From the NCBI GenBank assembly GCA_013265495.1, contig MU058289.1, forward strand, positions 434,001 through 498,000: a stretch of 64,000 nt of DNA, given 5' to 3'. This document shows, in pieces, positions 37,745 to 51,287 of this stretch. Under the pieces are notes generated by a model. It was given only the letters and a program-made list of their open reading frames with translations. It was not told the DNA's origin and did no database searches. Within the stretch, counting starts at the first letter, position 1; every line of letters starts with the position of its first letter. This stretch comes from Vicugna vicugna (Eukaryota). The position numbers and the translations under genes were made by a program.

Positions 37745-40257
37745 AAACATTTCAAGTATACAAAAAATGTAGAGAGTAATGTGACACCTACATCCTCATC
37801 ACCCCGCTCTGTCAAATCTAAGCATTTTTATGGATTCACTGCAGATTGTTTTTTAAAGTGCATACATTGCAGATGACATTCGAAGCCGCCATCTCGCCCC
37901 AGAGACACCTTCCCTACTAAATTTGGGACTCATCCTCCTCCACACTCCTTCCCGTCTTCTTTTCAGATTGCAGGTGTCATGGGTTGAGTTAATACCACAC
38001 CCTCAGTTTATAGCTCATTATTCCCCACAAGACACCTCTTGATTTCTTGTATTCCCTCATATCTCCCTATTTGCAATCTCTTTTGGTGCCCCCTACTGGC
38101 AAACATTGTAATCTGTTCATATATATCTTTTTTTGTTGGGTGGGTTCTCGTAAAATGGGAGCCATGGTTTCCTGTGCATGTATTTTCTAATTTACATACC
38201 CATGATTGTGTTAAATACCTCATGCTATTCTTACTTTTCTTGCTCAGCACTACGATTTTATTAAGATCCATCCATGTTCCTCTGGACACATTGGCTTCTG
38301 ACGGTTGCTTGGGACACCTGTGGTCCCACAGTTTACTCTCTTCTCCAGAGAGAAGGGTCAGGCTACTTCCAGCTCCCCGACCCCACCACTCCCACTTAAA
38401 TAATGCTGCAGTGAGCACCTCATGCATAACCCCGGACAGACTCACAACCAAGTGGACCAGCAGAAGGAACAGAAGCGTCAGTTTCCTCACTTGTGAAATA
38501 CGGGTCATAATCATACGTGGCTCGTGGAGTTGCTGAAGGCCCATGATAAATAAGGCAGGTAAGGTGCCTCACAAGGTAGCTGTAGAGTTGTTTTATAGCC
38601 TGCAGTTACGCTCCGAGGAGGAGTGAGGTGGAAAATCCTGTACTCAGCCGACACAGGGGAGCTGAATGAGAAATGGTCTTGCGGCAGTCTTTGCAGGAGA
38701 GGGAGGCAGGTGGGAAAATGCCTCGTGGCAGCGCTTTGCAAGCCTGCTTACCTCCCTTTATTTCAGGAGGAATCAGCAAGTGTTCTGCCATGGTCCGGGT
38801 CAGACCACAGTTAAATATCGCTTATGTGGAGACGTGCAAGGCTGTCAGGGAGCCATGGGGGAACCGTTCCCCATAGTCTCACCCCACAGGTCATCTGCCT
38901 ACGGCAAAAAGGGAAAACAGATCTCTCCAGACAGCTAATGGCCACCTACTTTCCTAGGGATTAGACTCAGCCACCACTAACGGGAGACACGCACAAGAAG
39001 GATTCTTGCAAAAAAAAAAAACCTGAACTGCCTCTAATTAAGCCTTTAGAACTAACTTCCAGTTTATAAGAAGTACAGATGGCAGCAGCAGCTAAATGAC
39101 CTGAGGAAACAATTAGGCAAATCCAGAGTAGGGGACATTCTATGAGGCAGCGGGCCTGGCCTCTTTAATTCTTGCAAGTGGGTGGGGTGGAGGGGGAGAA
39201 TTCTAGAATTTACAAACTACTAGAGACCTAAAAATCAGAATGCAGGTGAAACTTGATTGGATCCTGGTACCAAAAATAAACGAATTAAACACTAGTTAAA
39301 AAAAAAGGGTTTTGGGGTACAATTTGGGAAATCTGAATATGAGACATTAGAGAATTCGTGTTAGTTTTTCTCAGGATTGATAATGGTATGAAGGAACATG
39401 CCATTTTTCAGGGATACACGGGTAATTATTTAGGAGTGAAGTGTCAGGATGTTTGGAAAGCGCTTTTGAGTGATTCAGTAAAAAATAAAATGTACACCTA
39501 CACAAAGTAGCTATGACACAGTGTTAACAATTGTTAAAACTAGGTGGTGGGTATAAGGGCGAGTATTGTACTAGTTGTCCACTTTTTCTGTATGCTTGAA
39601 AATTTTCATAAAATGATAAAGAGGTAATATACATATTTAAAAAATCCCTGCCCTCGTGGAAATTACATTCTGGTATTAGGGTGGACAATTATCAAGGGCG
39701 AAGAAGTAAAATATAGTGAATATTAGTGGTAAGTGCTTAAGAAATGAAAGGCATGAGGGCTGCAGAGTGTTGTGTGTGGAGATGAAATGGAAGGTTGAGT
39801 GGCCAGGTAAGGGCTCATGAAGTTGTACTTGAGGAAGAGCTGAAGGCAGGAGGGAGCGAGTCGTGTCACTCTCTTGTGGAATGGCATTCTGGACAAAGCA
39901 AACAGCAGGTGCACAGACCCTGAGGTTGGAACCAGCCTGGTGCCTTGAACATCTCATGAGCTCACAGGTTGTTACAATGAAGAGGTCAATGCAGTAGGAA
40001 CTGCATGAGAAATGGGAGATCAAAGAGGAAGTGGGAGAACCATCTCAGATCTTTATCAAACCAAGTACAGACAAAACAGGTGTTTATAAATGCTTCTAGA
40101 GGCATGGGCTATCTCTGGAGGAATTCACGGGTAACTGCTAACGGTGGCAGTGTCTGGACAGAATTGGGTGATTGGGGTTAGGGGAAGCCCTGCATCTCGA
40201 CTTTTTACTGTACTTACTGTTTCCTTTTATTCCCCCCCAACCCCAGTATTTTTATCC

Positions 40258-40402
40258 ATTTTTTTTTTTGGCTTGGGAGGTCATTAGGTTTATTTACTTA
40301 TTTATTATTATTACTATTTTTAATAGAGGTACTGGGGATTGAACCTGGGACCTTGCGCATGCTGAGCATGCGCTCTACCACTGAGCTCAACCCTCTCGCC
40401 CT
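40258..40402 (-). mobile_element. tRNA-derived SINE
   Basis: gaggtactggggattgaacc...ctctaccactgagct. Confidence 0.85.
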
Positions 40403-41516
40403 GGACTTTCGTTTGAAATATTCACCATGTTTAAGTTCATTCTTATTTCCAACACAAGACAAAAGCTTCTAGAGTCCCTCAGTCCCTCTGCAGGCACGAG
40501 GCTCCTCCGTTTACAGTCCCTCTTCCTCATGGGCAGCCATTTCGGAAGATTCCTCCCCAGGGCCATTTTCTCTCAATGCGAGAATCGTCTCTCTGCTCTT
40601 TTGAATACACCTCAGAGAAATCTGTTGCACAACTATTTGGTTTTGAGGAAACACCGATTTGGCCATAACATGGTGCCCTATCTGGTCACAGTGTCTCAGG
40701 AGCTCCCCGTTGACAAGACTGCGGTGGACGGTATTTTGGACCGTTATCGTGCAGCAATTCCTCTGGGGACACTGAGAAAGAACATTTAACTTGGCCTACT
40801 TAAATGACCATGGCCAACATGAATGAGGCCTAGAACATAGGGAGAAATTACACACTGTGCAGAAGACTGCTTGTTAGATATTAAGAACTTACTGTTCATT
40901 ATTAGATATAATTATGGTATGATTATATTTAAAATAAACCTGTATCTTGAAGAGATACATATGCTTACTTACTTCTGGATAAAATATGATCCCAGTATTT
41001 GCTTTAAAATTACCTAGGGGGGAGGGGAGTAGTTAGAGATGAAACTGGTCATTTGTTGTCACTGTTGAAGCTACGGGTACACAGGAGTTTTTATTATACT
41101 ATTTTCATGTGCTTCAAAACCTAAGGTTTTAAAAAATTGTACAGATAATATAAAGAACATACAGATAAATTTTAGCACACACAGGAACTCAAGGTTATTC
41201 TGTATAATCACTCACTCTATTGTCTGGTAAAGAAGAGGTGGTCAAAGTTTATTAAAACAAAAATTTTAAAAAAAGAAAAGAGAAAAAAAACCCCACCACC
41301 CTGAATTCAGTCTCTCTTACTAGTCAAGGTCCTAATTCCCCATCTGGCCCCATCACCCAGCTCTTTTACACATACACAGCCTTACACTTTTCCAACAAGT
41401 GTTTATTATTAGTTAAGCCATGATTCAGGATCCCAGGGTGGGGATCACTATGTAGCCGGGTCTGCCTTCACCACCCCGGGGAGAAGGACGGAGGACAGAG
41501 GTGGGGTGGGGTCAGT

Positions 41517-41570
41517 TCAGATCTTCCCAGGAAACGTGCCATCGGCCCGGCGTTCGTCCCAGGTCGTCAC
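41517..41570 (-). CDS. COX6B1: COX6B1 exon 4 coding part
   Basis: [26 protein letters not shown] at 41402-41407. Confidence 0.96.
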   Translation of the reverse strand: MTTWDERRADGTFPGKI

Positions 41571-44500
41571 CTGTAGAAACACAGCCAGCGTTACTCCCTT
41601 CTCCCGTGGGGAAGCCAGGCGGACAGACTTCTTTGTCTCCCTCACTTTGCCCACCTGTTCGGTCAACAAGTAACCCCAGTACCTGCTCTGTGCCAGGACT
41701 GGTAACTGTTCCAGGAGCTGGAGAACCAGAAGAGACCCAGAAGGACAAGAATCACTGTTCTGAATGAGCTGACATGAGCTGACCCACAGTGGGGACAGGA
41801 GGTGGGGGAGGGAGGAGGAGTAAGAGGCAGACTCAGTGCAGAGCTGCCCATGGGGAGAGGTAGAGCTTTGGGCGTATGACGGTGTCCTGCTCTAGAAGCC
41901 CTGGAGTCAACACTCAGTGATGTTTGTCAGAATGGTAGAAAGAAGGACTACTAGGCAGCTGTGAAAAAGATGGGGCTGATCTATGCCCCAGCACGAATGG
42001 ATCGCTAAGATACACAGTCAAGTGCAAAAAGGTCCAAACCGGATATAGTGTGATCCTACTATTGCTCACAGATGTATGCATACACATAAAAATGATGGAA
42101 AGGCCCGTACCAAACTGCAACACTCTCCAGAGGTAACACTCTGCAACTTGTAGACCTTCCTACAGGCGGTTAGAAGCATATTCATTTTTACACACTCACA
42201 CATTCACATTCATATGCTATGTATTAGAGGAAGTGGATAAATGCACGGATAAGGAAGACTGACTCTGAATCCCTGTTCCATCACTTCCTAGCTCTGTGAC
42301 CTTGGGCACATTACTTAACCTTTCAAGGCCCCGGTTTCCAATTCTGCAAAATGAGAATACTGATAACAGTACCTATGTCACCCCCTTTTTTTTGCATGTT
42401 TGCCCTTACATGACATAAAGCACTTACAAAGTAGCTGGTCCACAGTAAGTGTGCCTGTTTTATTTACACACACACACCACACATCACACATTCTCGATAT
42501 ACAGATTAGGCCATGCTATACAGACTGTCCTGCAACTTGCTTTTCCCACAAGTCTTAGAGCTCGTTCTGTATTCTGTCACACAGATCAAGATAAATACAC
42601 TATCATTTGTCAAACTTGGGTTATTTCTGAATGTTCCCCATTACAAACAACTCTGCAATGGGCATCCCTGTACACAAACATTTTTGTAGGATGTGTAGAT
42701 GTGAAATTGCCACATCTAGAGTATGAATCTTTTCATTTTGAAAGATCCTCCCTCAGGACTGACCTCAGAAGTGACTAGACCAATTTATAGAACCACCAAT
42801 ACTTAGCACTGTTATCCCCACCCCAACTCCTTTTAAATTAAAGGATCAGGCTGCTCTGATCCTTTGGCAAATTAGTCTTTGCCCAGTAATCCCAATTCAT
42901 GGAAAGGAAACTAAAGAAACCATTCAAACAGAGGGCAAACAAAACATTTCCTGCAATGGAATTGTACACTGCAGTATCATTTACAATAATGAAAAAAGAC
43001 TTGGTGTTGGGAAAACTGGACAGCAGCATGTAAATCAATGAAGCTAGAACACTCCCTTACACCATACACAAAAATCAACTAAAAATGGATCAAAGACTTA
43101 AACATAAGACAAGATACAATAAACCTCCTAGAAGACAATATAGGCAAAACATTATCTCACATACATCTCAAAAACGTTCTCCTAGGGCAGTCTACCCAAG
43201 AAATAGAAATAAAAGCAAGAATAAACAAATGGGACCTAATTAAACTTACAAGCTTCGGCACAGCAAAGGAAACCATAAGTAAAACAAAACGACAACCTAC
43301 GGAATGGGAGAAAATTTTTGCAAATGAAACCGACAAAGGCTTGATCTCCAGAATATATAGGCAGCTCATACGACTTAACAAGAAAGAAACAAACCCTATC
43401 CAAAGATGGGCAGAAGACCTAAACAAGCAGTTCTCCAAGGAAGAAATACAAATGATCAATAGGCACATGAAAAAATGCTCAATATCACTAATTATCAGAG
43501 AAATGCAAATCAAAACTACAATGAGGTATCACCTCACACCAGTCAGACTGGCCGTCATTCAAAAGTCCACAAATAACAAATACTGGAGGGGCTGTGGAGA
43601 AAAGGGAACCCTCCTACACTGCTGGTGGGAATGCAGTTTGGTGCAGCCACTGTGGAAAACAGTGTGGAGATTCCTCAAAAGACTAGGAATAGACTTCCCA
43701 TATGACCCAGGAATCCCGCTCCTGGGCATATATCCAGAAGGAACCCTACTTCAGGATGACACCTGCACCCCAATGTCCATAGCAGCACTATTTACAATAG
43801 CAAAGACATGGAAACAGCCTAAATGTCCATCAACAGATGACTGGGTAAAGATGATATGGTATAGTTATACAATGGAATATTATTCAGCCATAAAAACTGA
43901 CATAAACCATTTGCAGCAACATGGATGCTCCTGGAGAATGTCATTCTAAGTGAAGTAAGCCAGAAAGGGAAAGAAAAATACCATATGAGATCACTCATAT
44001 GTGGAATCTAAAAAACCCCACAAAACATAAATACAAAACAGAAACAGACTCATAGACACAGAATGCAAACTTGTGGTTGCCAAGGGGGAAGAGGGTGGGA
44101 AGAGACAGACTGGGATTTCAAAATGCAGAATAGATAAACAAGATTATACTGTATAGCACAGGGAAACATATACAAGATCTTGTGGTGGCTCACAGCGAAA
44201 AAAAATGTTACAATGAATATATGTATGTTCATGTATACCTGAAAAATTGTGCTCTACACTGGAATTTGACACAACATTGTAAAACGACTATTACTCAATA
44301 AAAAAATGTTAAAAAAAAATAAATAAAATAATGAAAACAGACTGAGTCCAGCTAAAGGGAAAAGGGATATTTTTTAACTATTAAAGCCAACAGCTACCCA
44401 ATAACTGAGCAGGTTGTACTGATGTGAAAATAGGTACACAATGCAAACGAAAAAAAAAAAAGCCACGGCAAAACAGCACCTAGAATATGATCCTTATCTA

Positions 44501-47500
44501 CACATAAATAGATATAAACACACACCCACACACACACGGGCCCACAGAATAGGAAGTGGAAGATTTACACCAAATTACTAAGGGACATTAACTTTGGACT
44601 CAGAAGGCAATGACTGAGGAGTTTTTCACTTTCTACATTATATAAATCTTTCATTTTGAAGATTTACAAAAAGCTACCATGCTTCTCATGGAGAAACTGA
44701 AGATTTTTTTAAACCGGAAAATAAAAGATGATTGGAAAAAATGTTTTAAATGTTCATATAGGAAAAGCACTGAACTCCCACCCCCACCCTTCCCAAAATA
44801 CACACACCGGGATCAGAGACTAATTCTGAAAAATACACAGACGAAACTGACACAACATTGTAAACCAACTCTACTTCGATTAAAAAAAAATACACAGGAA
44901 ACATCTGGAAGATTTTACAATATTATCAGCCAGGTCAGGAGGATAAGGAATAATTTCCTGCGCCTTCTTTCATTTCTTAAGTTTCTGTGAAGTGGTTATA
45001 TTGCTTAAAAAACAAAAACAATAGCAATAACAAAACGCTTATTTTTATTTCACCAAATTTCTGGAATAAAGAAGCCAGGGCTGCTGGGTATAAAGAGTGG
45101 GATCACATCCAGCCCTAAGAAGGCAGACACAGCACACACCTGACGGGAGGAACCACACAACCTGATGCTTCAGGTAAGGGCAGGCCCAGGTCCCAGAAGC
45201 ACGCTTCCTGGCACGCCGTCCAGCAGGCACCTAATGCAGGCGCTGAGGCTGGAGACGGGATGTTATGGGATCACAACGTCGTGTTACCCAAGACCACCCA
45301 GGAACAAGGCGAAATGCTGGGAGGGCAGAGGGGACTCAAAAACATACGAGTGTGGTCAGAGAGGTGGGAGGAAAACTGAGCAAGCCAAGGATGAGTGCAT
45401 TAAAGTAATTTGTTCTCAAGAAGTAAGCCCTGAAGATGTACATCAAAGATGCTTAAAATACTGAAAAATTAGAACAGAACCTCCATCAAAAGAGAGATAA
45501 GTAAAAGCATTGATAAATTAAAACAAATGAAGCAGATCTATATGCACTGTCATAAAAAATGGGGGCTCTAAGACACACTGATAAGACACACAGAACAGAC
45601 TATATAGTATGATCTATCCATAGAGGGAAAAGTTCCACAGGCTTATGCATGGAAAATATATATAGAGAAAAAGGAATCTGTTAACAGTAGTTACCTTGGG
45701 GGAGAGGGATTGGTGAGCACAGTGGACTTCTACTTTTTTCCTGTCTGCATACATTAGTTTTGTTTTTCAAAACCGGCACTATTACTTTTGTAATAGCATC
45801 ATATCTTGATTTTAAGACACTTTTTTTTCATTTTAACATCTCTGAAATTAGCATGTTTGTCACATTCATTCCCAGCATTGAAAAAAAAAGGATTCAAACA
45901 TCTCTCAGTGTTTCTTACTGTCAATGGGGTCTTTGGATGAAATAGATTCAATATTAAACATAAGTTTCTTTTTTTAAACTTTCTTTTGGTGGAGGGAGGT
46001 AATTAGGTTGGTTTCTTTATTTTTTTGTTTAGAGGAGGTACTGGGGATTCAATCCAGGACCTCATGCATGCTAAGCATACTGCTTGAGCTATACCCTCCT
46101 ACCCTATAAGTTCTTTATTTAAAAAAGAGGGTATAGCAGAGAATACTGAACAGTAACAACATGTCTGATCAGATCAGGCCTAAAAGGACTGCCTTAACAC
46201 ATCCCTAGTTTTGAGAGCTGCACACTGAAGTAGGTAAGGGTGAAATGACATGTCTGGGATTTGCTTCAGAATACTTCAGAAAAGGAAAGAAACAAACAAA
46301 AGGAAATGTGGAAAAATCATGAGACTATTCAGTTTGGGTGATGGGGATATTTGGACACGCTCATATGAGAAAAGTACAGGATTCCCAAAGATGGTGAGCA
46401 CCACAGGGACAGGTAGAGCGCCTGGGTAAGCCGATCTCGTTTCCTTGGCTGAGAGCCCTGCCTGGTTGAGAGCATCAGTAAAAGGAGGAAAGAGAGGCAA
46501 TTCTAAGAAGAAAAGGCCGAATCCACATCCAGTGATGCCCCGTCCTTCCTCTGCCTCTCACAGAGGAGCTCCCACCAAGTCACCACACTCCCCTCTGCAA
46601 AGACGCCACCCCAGCATCCCAAGGGCCCCAGGAGGAGGCACATACCCAGGAGATGGGGCAGAGGGACTTGTACACACGCCGGTACCATTCGCACACGGAG
46701 ATATCACCCCCTTTAGCAGTCATTGCCTTCTCACAGCGGTGGAAGTCTGTGAAGAAAGGGAAGCAGGTCAGCCCAGACCGAGGGCTAGAACACATTTTTG
46801 ATCAAAACTCACAGAAATACTTTTAATACACAACTAATTACACACACACACACCCCTCAAGTTTCACAAAGAAAACATCCCCTTACAAGCGTAATACTAA
46901 AAAGGGCTAGACAAACCTCACTAACCTGATTTTGCAACCCCTAAAGAACTACTGTTCAATGGGAAATTCTGGGGTCAGAAACGGTAAGGCAACATGAGAG
47001 GCATGTATGGGGATTACGGAAGTCCAGAACCAGGGCAAGGGAAGGGGAAGACGGTCTTGATGCTAAGATGCTGGGCATACACCCGAGAGAGAAAAGCATT
47101 ATTCATGTGGACATCAAATTACATTTATAAGGATGTTTATAGCAGCGTCATTTGTAAGAGTCCCAAACAGCATGGACCAATCTTCAAAACTGTTAAATGC
47201 AGAAATCCAAACACAAAGGAACACATACAGTATTTATAAAGTTCACAAAGAGGCAAACCTAAAAGCGGTGATAAAACCAAAATGTAATTGCTGTAAGTCT
47301 GTGGCGTTACACCTCTGGTTGGGAGAGTAGAGTGTCGTTTTCAAGACAGGGCATAGAGTAGGCAGGAGAGCTCAGGGTGCTGGCAGGATCTAATTTTCTT
47401 CCCAGATTATAGTTAACACGGAGGATTCACTTTAGAATTATATATTTAGTTGTATGTACTTCCTGTATGTGCATTAGATTCCATACACACACACACACAT

Positions 47501-47825
47501 CTTGAAAAAAAAAATAATTGTGGGAACCAAAGTTTGCGACTCTGGCCCAGACCTTGAATACAGCTGGTATAGAGGGGCATGGGCCTACAAGGTAGGACAT
47601 CCAGGATGAAAGAGAAGAGGCCTGGGATGTATGTCCCCTAGGAGGAGGCAAGAGGTGAAAGACTTGAGGTGTAGGACCAGGGGAAGGTCAACACTGCCCC
47701 TGCCCCATGACCCGCTCACCCAGGTAGTTCTGCCAGCAGTTCCTGGTCTGGTTCTGGTTGGGGAAGCGGCTGTCAAAAGGGGCAGTCTGGTAGTTCTTGA
47801 TTTTGGTCTTGATGTCTTCTGCCAT
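41517..47825 (-). CDS. COX6B1: Cytochrome c oxidase subunit 6B1 (86 aa)
   Basis: Exons 47720-47825, 46646-46746, 41517-41570 = 261 nt. [86 protein letters not shown] has the CX9C/CX10C cysteines. Confidence 0.98.
43002..44326 (+). mobile_element. Young 5'-truncated LINE-1 in COX6B1 intron 3
   Basis: ORF2 C-terminus (43341-43949: MRYHLTPVR...CWWEC...QPLWKTVW), 3' UTR and A tail. 17-bp TSD aataatgaaaa(a/c)agact at 42985-43001 and 44327-44343. Confidence 0.95.
45968..46105 (-). mobile_element. tRNA-derived SINE
   Basis: Same family; flanked by ataagtt(t)cttt. Confidence 0.85.
46646..46746 (-). CDS. COX6B1: COX6B1 exon 3
   Basis: [34 protein letters not shown]; |GTATGT donor. Confidence 0.97.
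47720..47825 (-). CDS. COX6B1: COX6B1 exon 2 coding part (exon starts 47836)
   Basis: [35 protein letters not shown]; |GTGAGC donor. Confidence 0.97.
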
Positions 47826-48288
47826 AGTGCTGACTCCTGGAGGCAAAGACAGTGGCTGTTGGCAGGGGTCCTAGGGGGCCTGGGCATGGAGATGTCAGGC
47901 CACTCAGGCCCAGCAGAGGCCTGACACAGAAGAATGGGCTGGGTGTGCACAAACCACCGCCCCTTCCCTTTCAACATACTGACACAGAGGAGAAGGGGAG
48001 GGCAAATCCACTTTAAGTGTGGAAGTCACAGCAGGGTGTGTGTGTGAGGGGTCAATTCCTTGGTAATATCAGGCCTTATTTGTCCCAACATAACCCCAGC
48101 TGACATTCACTGAGTGCTTACTACAGGCCAGGCACTATTCTACACACTTCATTCCTACAGCCGCTCTAAAAGGCAAGAACTATTAGTAACAGTTTCACAG
48201 ACAAGAGACAGGGTGTTTAAGTGACTTCCCAAGGTCATAGAGCACACATGTGGTGGAGCTGCACTCGATTACTGACATAACTACACTG

Positions 48289-48691
48289 CAGAGGTTCCTA
48301 ATCTCTTTTGGTGCCAAAAACTCCTCAGGGGTCTAACGAACCCTTTCTCAGAACATGTTTAGGTGCATTTAAAAACTGCATAGGATCACAAAGAAAACCA
48401 ATTATAGGTAGCTGAAGATTCAGCAACCATCAAAATTTTGAAATAATCATGAGTGCAAAAGGTATTTTGTGACATCTGCAACCATAATGTGATATAAGAT
48501 GACCAGCAATTTTGACTGGTGACAAAGTCACTGATGATGCAAACACTACTAGGGCTGCTGCCTCCATTCCTACTGAAGGAACTGTTACATTTCAATTAGA
48601 TTAGTAAATATCCAGGTGTAAATTTTCCTCCATCAAGCACTAGTACCCCTTGAACTGTGTGATTCTGTGGACCCAGGGTTAAAAACTTCTG
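48289..48691. mobile_element. hAT-Charlie-type MITE
   Basis: Imperfect TIRs cagaggttcctaa ... ttaaaaacttctg. Confidence 0.55.
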
Positions 48692-49429
48692 CTATAATCT
48701 CTCTTATGAGGTGACACGCTGTTTTTGCTAGGGAAATCTAAAAGAAACTGCCTCTATTTCAGATTATTCGACGAGTCGTGGGGTTACAAAGAGGTGAGCA
48801 GACCAGTGTTAAATTCAAGCGATCCAAGGTTATGATAGGGATCAGGGGCGCCAAAGTAGAGTCTTTCGGAGAGCGGAGAGATATGGAACACCAGCCGCTG
48901 GGACACAGATGCAATCGGCATCGTTGTTTTGCAAGCGATCTACACCCATTATCCGGGAGTGAGGGTGGATCAGGGATGACCCCGCGGCCCTTCCAACGTC
49001 TAAGGCAGAGGAGGGGCCAGACAACAGGAAGCCAGGCTGCGCCTAGGACAGCCGCCGGGAGGACACCTGCGGCCTGGTGATTGAGAACACTGCAGTCCAA
49101 ACTACCGAGTCCAAATCCTAGTCGCTGGCTAAACTGCTTAACATCTGAGCCTCAACTGCCTCCTTGTCAAAACGGATAATCACTTGCCCTACCTCAGATG
49201 TAAAGGCTAGAGGGAGGATTAAATGAATTAATATTAACCGTCTGGAATATTAATGGCATTGAGGAAGAAGTATAATCATTAGCTACGATTACTAACTGTA
49301 CAGGACCTCAGTGACCCGGGAGGCCGGCCACTGCCGGCCAGAAACCTCACCTCGTTCTCCGGGAAGCAAGGGTCGGGCTCCTCAGTCCCCCAGGCTGGGG
49401 TCACAGGCCCCCGAGCCCTCGAAACTCAC

Positions 49430-49700
49430 CTAAAGACGCCCCCGCAGCGGCTGGAAGCTCAATGTGACCCTCAGCAAAGACGCCAGCGCCGGACCGGAAG
49501 CGGAATTAAGACCGGCCGGAAGCGGGGCGATGAGCGTATAAGGGAGCCTTACGTGCGGCTAGAGCGCCGGCCCCCGAAGCCTTTCAAGCCACGCCCATGC
49601 ATGCGACCTCTGACCTCCTATTGGGCCGAATGCCTGTTCATCCCCACTCCCGGCCCAATCGCGAGCTTGCGAGGCACTTGGACTTGCTCCTGGCTGTGGC
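49430..49700 (-). promoter_or_regulatory. COX6B1: COX6B1 non-coding exon 1 and CpG promoter
   Basis: Donor TTTAG|GTGAGT at 49430. Tandem GABP/ETS sites CCGGAAGCGGAA (49494-49505) and CCGGAAG (49516-49522). NRF1-like GCATGCG near 49600. CCAAT boxes near 49620 and 49676. Confidence 0.85.
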
Positions 49701-51086
49701 TGTTTCTAGCTGTGGACGCCGCTTGGTTACAGGTGCTTGTCAACTTCGTGTCTTTACCAGGAGAAAGGGGTTCTGGGTCTTGGGGCTGGCTCGAGAGTAG
49801 GCCTGGGGAAAATATCCCAGCGGAAATAGTCATGCAGGAATTATTCATTGAACGCTTACCCTGTGCGAATGTTGTTGAATGAATGAATAAAGGGGGCTTC
49901 TGGAGTCTGAAAGAGGGAGTTACAGAAGAACTGCTTTCATCTCTCCCCTCAGTCTGGCCTTCAAAGCTTCCCACATACTGTGTTGGGTGCATTGTCCAGG
50001 CCTAACTGGTCCGGGGTCCTCTTACACATCCTGTGTTCATCAGCATTGTAATTATTTGTGGAACTACCTGTTTACATGCCTGCATTCACCCCCCCCCCTT
50101 AATGAGATCTTCCTAAAGCCCAAATCTCTTCCCTGCTTAAACCCCTCTCTGGCTCCCCTGTGCCCTCCGGACAAGGCCAGGCCCTTACTATGGCTCACAC
50201 ATCCTTTGTGAACTGATCCATGGTCCCCTCTCCAGCCACACTGATATTTTAGTTCATTGAACAGTGCTGTGAGATCTACCTCCAGGCCTTTGTTTCTGCT
50301 GTTTCTTCTGACTATAACATTCTTTGCCTACCTGACTTCTCAAATCAGCTATTTTCTTCTCCAGGAAGTTTTCCTTGACCCATTCCCCCACCCCCAGGCT
50401 AGGGCAGATCTCTCCTTTTGGGCCTCCTGGACTCCCTGGAGTTTCCCCATCCCAGCTCTGACCACTCTTGGCTGGCCTGTCTGGTGATGGGTCTGTCTCC
50501 CCACTGGACTGTGAACTCCCTAAGGGCAGGATGCAGGGTTGTCTTGGTCACTGCTGAATCCCCAGCATTACCCGCAGGAGGACCACTCAGCAGGTTCTGA
50601 GTAGACGCGGAGTAGGCTATCCTGGGGGTCTGAATTCTATGGCCCCCAACTTGGGGTGGGGAAACAGAGGAGGTGGTTTTGCGGGGCAAACACTAGGTCT
50701 AATTCCTTGATGATCCCTAGCACAGGGAGGGCATATAGTAAGCCCTTTTTGGAGTCTGAGGCCTCCCTTCAAGGGGACGCAGTAGGTAGTTTGGAAAGTT
50801 AGTTACTGGGTCTGATTCCTGTACAAGTCCCAGTACAGGGCAGGCACACGGTAGGCAGATCCTATGGGGTCTGAGGTTGATTCTTCTGCGTGTCCCATCA
50901 CACAGTGAGCACACAGTAGTTTCCCTAAGGATCGGGGTCTGTTTCCCTCACGGTGCGTCTAGGGATCACACAGGTTGGCTAGGGGGCGATGTGGGGTGTT
51001 GGTGGTGCGCACAGGCTGTCTAGTGGATCTAGGCAATATCAGTGGGAAGGATGTCAGCACGCACAACGAGGCTTGACGGATTATTT

Positions 51087-51287
51087 TTATTGGGTCGCTG
51101 CTCCCTGCCCGCCCCCCATGCGGTCAGGATAGGCTAGACCAGGCACACGGCCCCCAAAGCGGTACGTGTACTTGCGCCCCCCGCTCTTGCGCACGATGTC
51201 ACGCCGGTAGTAGTAGCGCAGGCCTCGGCTCAGCTTCTCGTAATTCATGCCGGGCTTCCTCTTGCGCTCGCCCCACAGCCGCGCCAC
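51087..51287 (-). CDS. ETV2: ETV2 last exon (ETS C-half)
   Basis: [46 protein letters not shown]...ATQ-TAA. Confidence 0.97.
   Translation of the reverse strand: MARLWGERKRKPGMNYEKLSRGLRYYYRRDIVRKSGGRKYTYRFGGRVPGLAYPDRMGGGQGAATQ

Noticed and set aside
38008..38544. Overlapping ORFs of 165-178 aa
   Set aside because: They lie in degenerate old L1/MIR-like sequence and show no recognisable protein.
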